In this document: positions 61,754-64,000 of the stretch, in pieces
Position numbering within the stretch: position 1 is the stretch's first letter
How the letters are laid out: every line of letters begins with the position of its first letter
Source of the DNA: Longimicrobiales bacterium
GTDB lineage: Bacteria > Gemmatimonadota > Gemmatimonadetes > Longimicrobiales > Gaopeijiaceae
DNA: 64,000 nucleotides
Direction: 5' to 3'
NCBI GenBank assembly: GCA_965197725.1
Contig: CBDANQ010000060.1
Coordinates: forward strand, 1 to 64,000
Made by a program: the position numbers and the translations under genes
Notes under the pieces: model-generated
The model's database searches: none
Seen by the model: the letters and a program-made list of their open reading frames with translations, nothing else
Told to the model about the DNA's origin: nothing

Positions 61754-62782
61754 ATGATCGGAAGGGAGAAGCGCGTGCTGCTCCGTCATTACCTCGAGCA
61801 GGGGATGAACAAGGCGGTGATCGCCCGGGATCTGGGGGTCAGTCGCCGTACCGTGTACCACTGGATAGAGACCGGTCAACTGGACCGGGAGTTGGACGAA
61901 GAGCGTGTCGGGTACGGTCCGAGATGTCTGATGCCGTCGAAGCTGGATCCGTACAAGCCGTTGATCGACACGCGTCTCAAGGAGTACCCGAAGCTCACGG
62001 CTGTACGGCTCTTCAAGGAGGTCCGGGCCGCTGGCTACCCGGGCAGTTACAACCAAGTGAAGCGCTATGTACGCAAGGTCCGGCCTCGACCCCCAGAGGA
62101 GCCGGTCGTGCGCTTCGAGACGGCGCCTGGGCGTCAGGGCCAGGTGGACTTCGCCCACTTCCGGCTACCGTGGGGCAAGCGTTACGCACTAATCGTCGTG
62201 CTGGGCTACTCGAGGCTGCTGTGGGTTCAGTTCTACACCCGGCAGACCATGAAGGCCCTGATGCATGGCCTGGAGTCTTCGTTTTCCTACTTCGGCGGCG
62301 TGCCCTCAGAGCTTCTGTTCGACCAAATGAAGGCGGTCGTCATCGAGGACGGTCGATACGACGATGGTGCCCTCGTCGAGAACCCGGAGTTCATGCGCTA
62401 CGCCTACCACTGGAACTTCAGGATCCGAGCGTGCCGACCCTATCGGGCTCAGACCAAGGGCAAGGTGGAGCGGCCGATCCGCTACCTCAGGGAGAGCTTC
62501 TTCTACGGGCGCACCTTCACGTCGGACGACGATCTCAACGCGCAGGCCCTTCATTGGCTTGAGACGGAAGCCAATGTGCGCAGCCACGGAACGCTGAAGG
62601 AGCGGCCCCTCGATCGCTTCGAGCGTGAACGACTGCTCCTCGAGCCCTTGGCGACTCGCCCGTATCACCCCCTCGTCCTGCCTCCGGATCGCTCCTCACC
62701 CGGCACGACGTCCTTGCCGGCCATCCACGTCGAGCGACGTCCCCTCACGGCCTATGCCCAGATCGCGGGAGGGGACCGATGA
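61754..62782 (+). CDS. istA: IS21 transposase IstA
   Basis: HTH, RFETAPG.QGQVDF, FDQMK, QTKGKVER. Confidence 0.94.
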   Translation: MIGREKRVLLRHYLEQGMNKAVIARDLGVSRRTVYHWIETGQLDRELDEERVGYGPRCLMPSKLDPYKPLIDTRLKEYPKLTAVRLFKEVRAAGYPGSYNQVKRYVRKVRPRPPEEPVVRFETAPGRQGQVDFAHFRLPWGKRYALIVVLGYSRLLWVQFYTRQTMKALMHGLESSFSYFGGVPSELLFDQMKAVVIEDGRYDDGALVENPEFMRYAYHWNFRIRACRPYRAQTKGKVERPIRYLRESFFYGRTFTSDDDLNAQALHWLETEANVRSHGTLKERPLDRFERERLLLEPLATRPYHPLVLPPDRSSPGTTSLPAIHVERRPLTAYAQIAGGDR

Positions 62783-63172
62783 AGGCTGCCGCTCGCTCTC
62801 GCCGTGACCGGATCCGAGCCCAGCTCGCCGATCTCAAGATGCCCGGTGCGCTGGAGGCCATCGACGACGTCCTCACTGGGGTCGATGGCGGAGGCGTGAC
62901 GGCCTCGGAGGCCATCGAGCAACTCCTCGGTGCCCAGATCACGCTGCGCAACAACCGCCGCCTTCAGGCTGCGATGCGCTCGAGCCGGCTACCGGGCATC
63001 AAGACCCTCGACGACTTCGACTTCAGCTTCCAGCCCTCGATCAAGCGCGAGCAGATCGACTCGCTTCACGAGCTCGGCTTCTTGGAGCGTAAGGAGAACG
63101 TGATCTTCCTCGGCCCTCCGGGCGTCGGCAAGACGCATCTCGCGATCAGCCTCGCCATTGCCGCGGCTCAGA
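62779..63172 (+). pseudogene. istB: IS21 helper ATPase IstB, truncated by IS256
   Basis: KTLDDFDFSFQP and GPPGVGKTHLA; homology ends right after AIAAAQ. Confidence 0.9.
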
Positions 63173-64000
63173 GGAAGCTGTCCCAACCGTAGTTGAAGGT
63201 TCCTGATAGGGGAGAAAGAAAAGTGGTGGCTCCGGGGGTCCCGGGCCGATAGGCTCGGGTAGGCAAAAACCCCAACACGGAGCCACCACGATGAAGAGAA
63301 CGTACGAGGTAAGGGATCGGGCGGACAAGCGAGCGATCAGGGAGTTCCTGAAGCGGGAGGGGCAGTTTCTGCTTCCGATGCTTGAGCTCGTGGAGCAGAC
63401 GGAGGTCGCGATCGACGAAGTCATCCAGGTGATGGGACGAGCGACGATCGAAGCGGTGCTGGAGATGAGCGCCGAGGGTGTGGCAGGCGTGAAGCAGGCA
63501 GGTCGGTCACGAGCGGAAGACGACACGGTGTGGTATGGCCGGCAGGGTGGTGTGGTTTACCTGTCGGACCGGAAGGTGCGTGTGGAGCGGCCACGGCTCA
63601 GGCGCCGGGGCGCCGGGGAGGGTGGCGAGGTCGAGGTGCCGGCGTACGCAGCGATGCGGAGACCGGGCGCCGTGGCGGATCGGATGCTCGAGGTCCTGAT
63701 GGCGGGGGTGAGCACGCGAAAGTACGGCCGTGTGATCGGTGAGATGGCCGACCCGGTCGGGGTGAGCAAGTCGGCGGTGAGCCGTGAGACGGTCGAGGCC
63801 TCGGAGCGCGTGCTGAAGGAGCTGATGGAGCGCCGGCTGGATGCGTGGGACCTCCTGGTGATCTACCTGGACGGGATCCAGATGGGCTCGCACCACGTGC
63901 TTGCTGCGGTAGGCGTGGACTCAGACGGAAAGAAGCACGTGCTGGGCGTGAGGGAAGGAGCGAGTGAGAACGCCGAGGTGACCAGCGCGCTCCTAGAGGA
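63173..64000 (+). mobile_element. IS256-family element (runs off window end)
   Basis: Starts GGAAGCTGTCCCAA at the istB breakpoint (boundary +/-2 bp) and carries an IS256-type transposase. Confidence 0.85.
63291..64000 (+). CDS. IS256-family transposase (partial)
   Basis: Manual translation: ...RVERPRLR...GVSTRKY...GVSKSAVSR...IYLDG...AVGVDSDGKKHVLGVREGASEN. No stop before the window end, so not in the ORF track. Confidence 0.9.
   Translation, partial: MKRTYEVRDRADKRAIREFLKREGQFLLPMLELVEQTEVAIDEVIQVMGRATIEAVLEMSAEGVAGVKQAGRSRAEDDTVWYGRQGGVVYLSDRKVRVERPRLRRRGAGEGGEVEVPAYAAMRRPGAVADRMLEVLMAGVSTRKYGRVIGEMADPVGVSKSAVSRETVEASERVLKELMERRLDAWDLLVIYLDGIQMGSHHVLAAVGVDSDGKKHVLGVREGASENAEVTSALLE

Larger units (their letters stand above)
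61595..63172 (+). mobile_element. IS21-family element (left part), interrupted in istB
   Basis: TG-start left end with internal repeats GGCC...ATTGCACAC x2, followed by istA and istB. Confidence 0.9.

Overview
High-GC bacterial chromosome segment, most likely Gemmatimonadota (inferred from gene order, a LpxC-FabZ fusion, bshC, a PorV-family gene and a characteristic Ser/Thr kinase N-terminus; not confirmed by any search). The window opens inside a group I intron of the 23S rRNA gene (position equivalent to E. coli L1931) that encodes a LAGLIDADG homing endonuclease. The 23S 3' part and 5S follow. Next is a ~35 kb co-oriented core cluster: era, PorV-like, an IS3-interrupted gene, rnr, GGDEF, prfB with programmed frameshift, lysS, lolC/E, lolD, mcsA-mcsB-clpC, bamA-skp-lpxD-lpxC/fabZ-lpxA-small ORF-lpxB-DUF374-lpxK, rlmH, bshC, murJ, uvrC, gltX and a TPR lipoprotein. 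A decayed island at two identical tRNA-Gly(CCC) copies (36.6-45.7 kb) carries many gene fragments and an integrase remnant. A second core block (DUF512, der, plsY, gpsA, MerR-like, surE, pcm, DedA) ends at a half-deleted tRNA-Arg(CCT). A final accessory region holds nested IS elements: an IS30 inside the catalytic motif of an IS3, and an IS256 inside an IS21. Best leads: the rRNA intron and its endonuclease, apparent targeting of the IS3 transposase motif by the IS30, an unannotated 44-aa membrane peptide between lpxA and lpxB, a C-rich repeat family at cargo-gene junctions, 12-bp-period repeats beside all three tRNA sites, and an SPF->SPC change in RF2. All family assignments come from motif recognition by eye.
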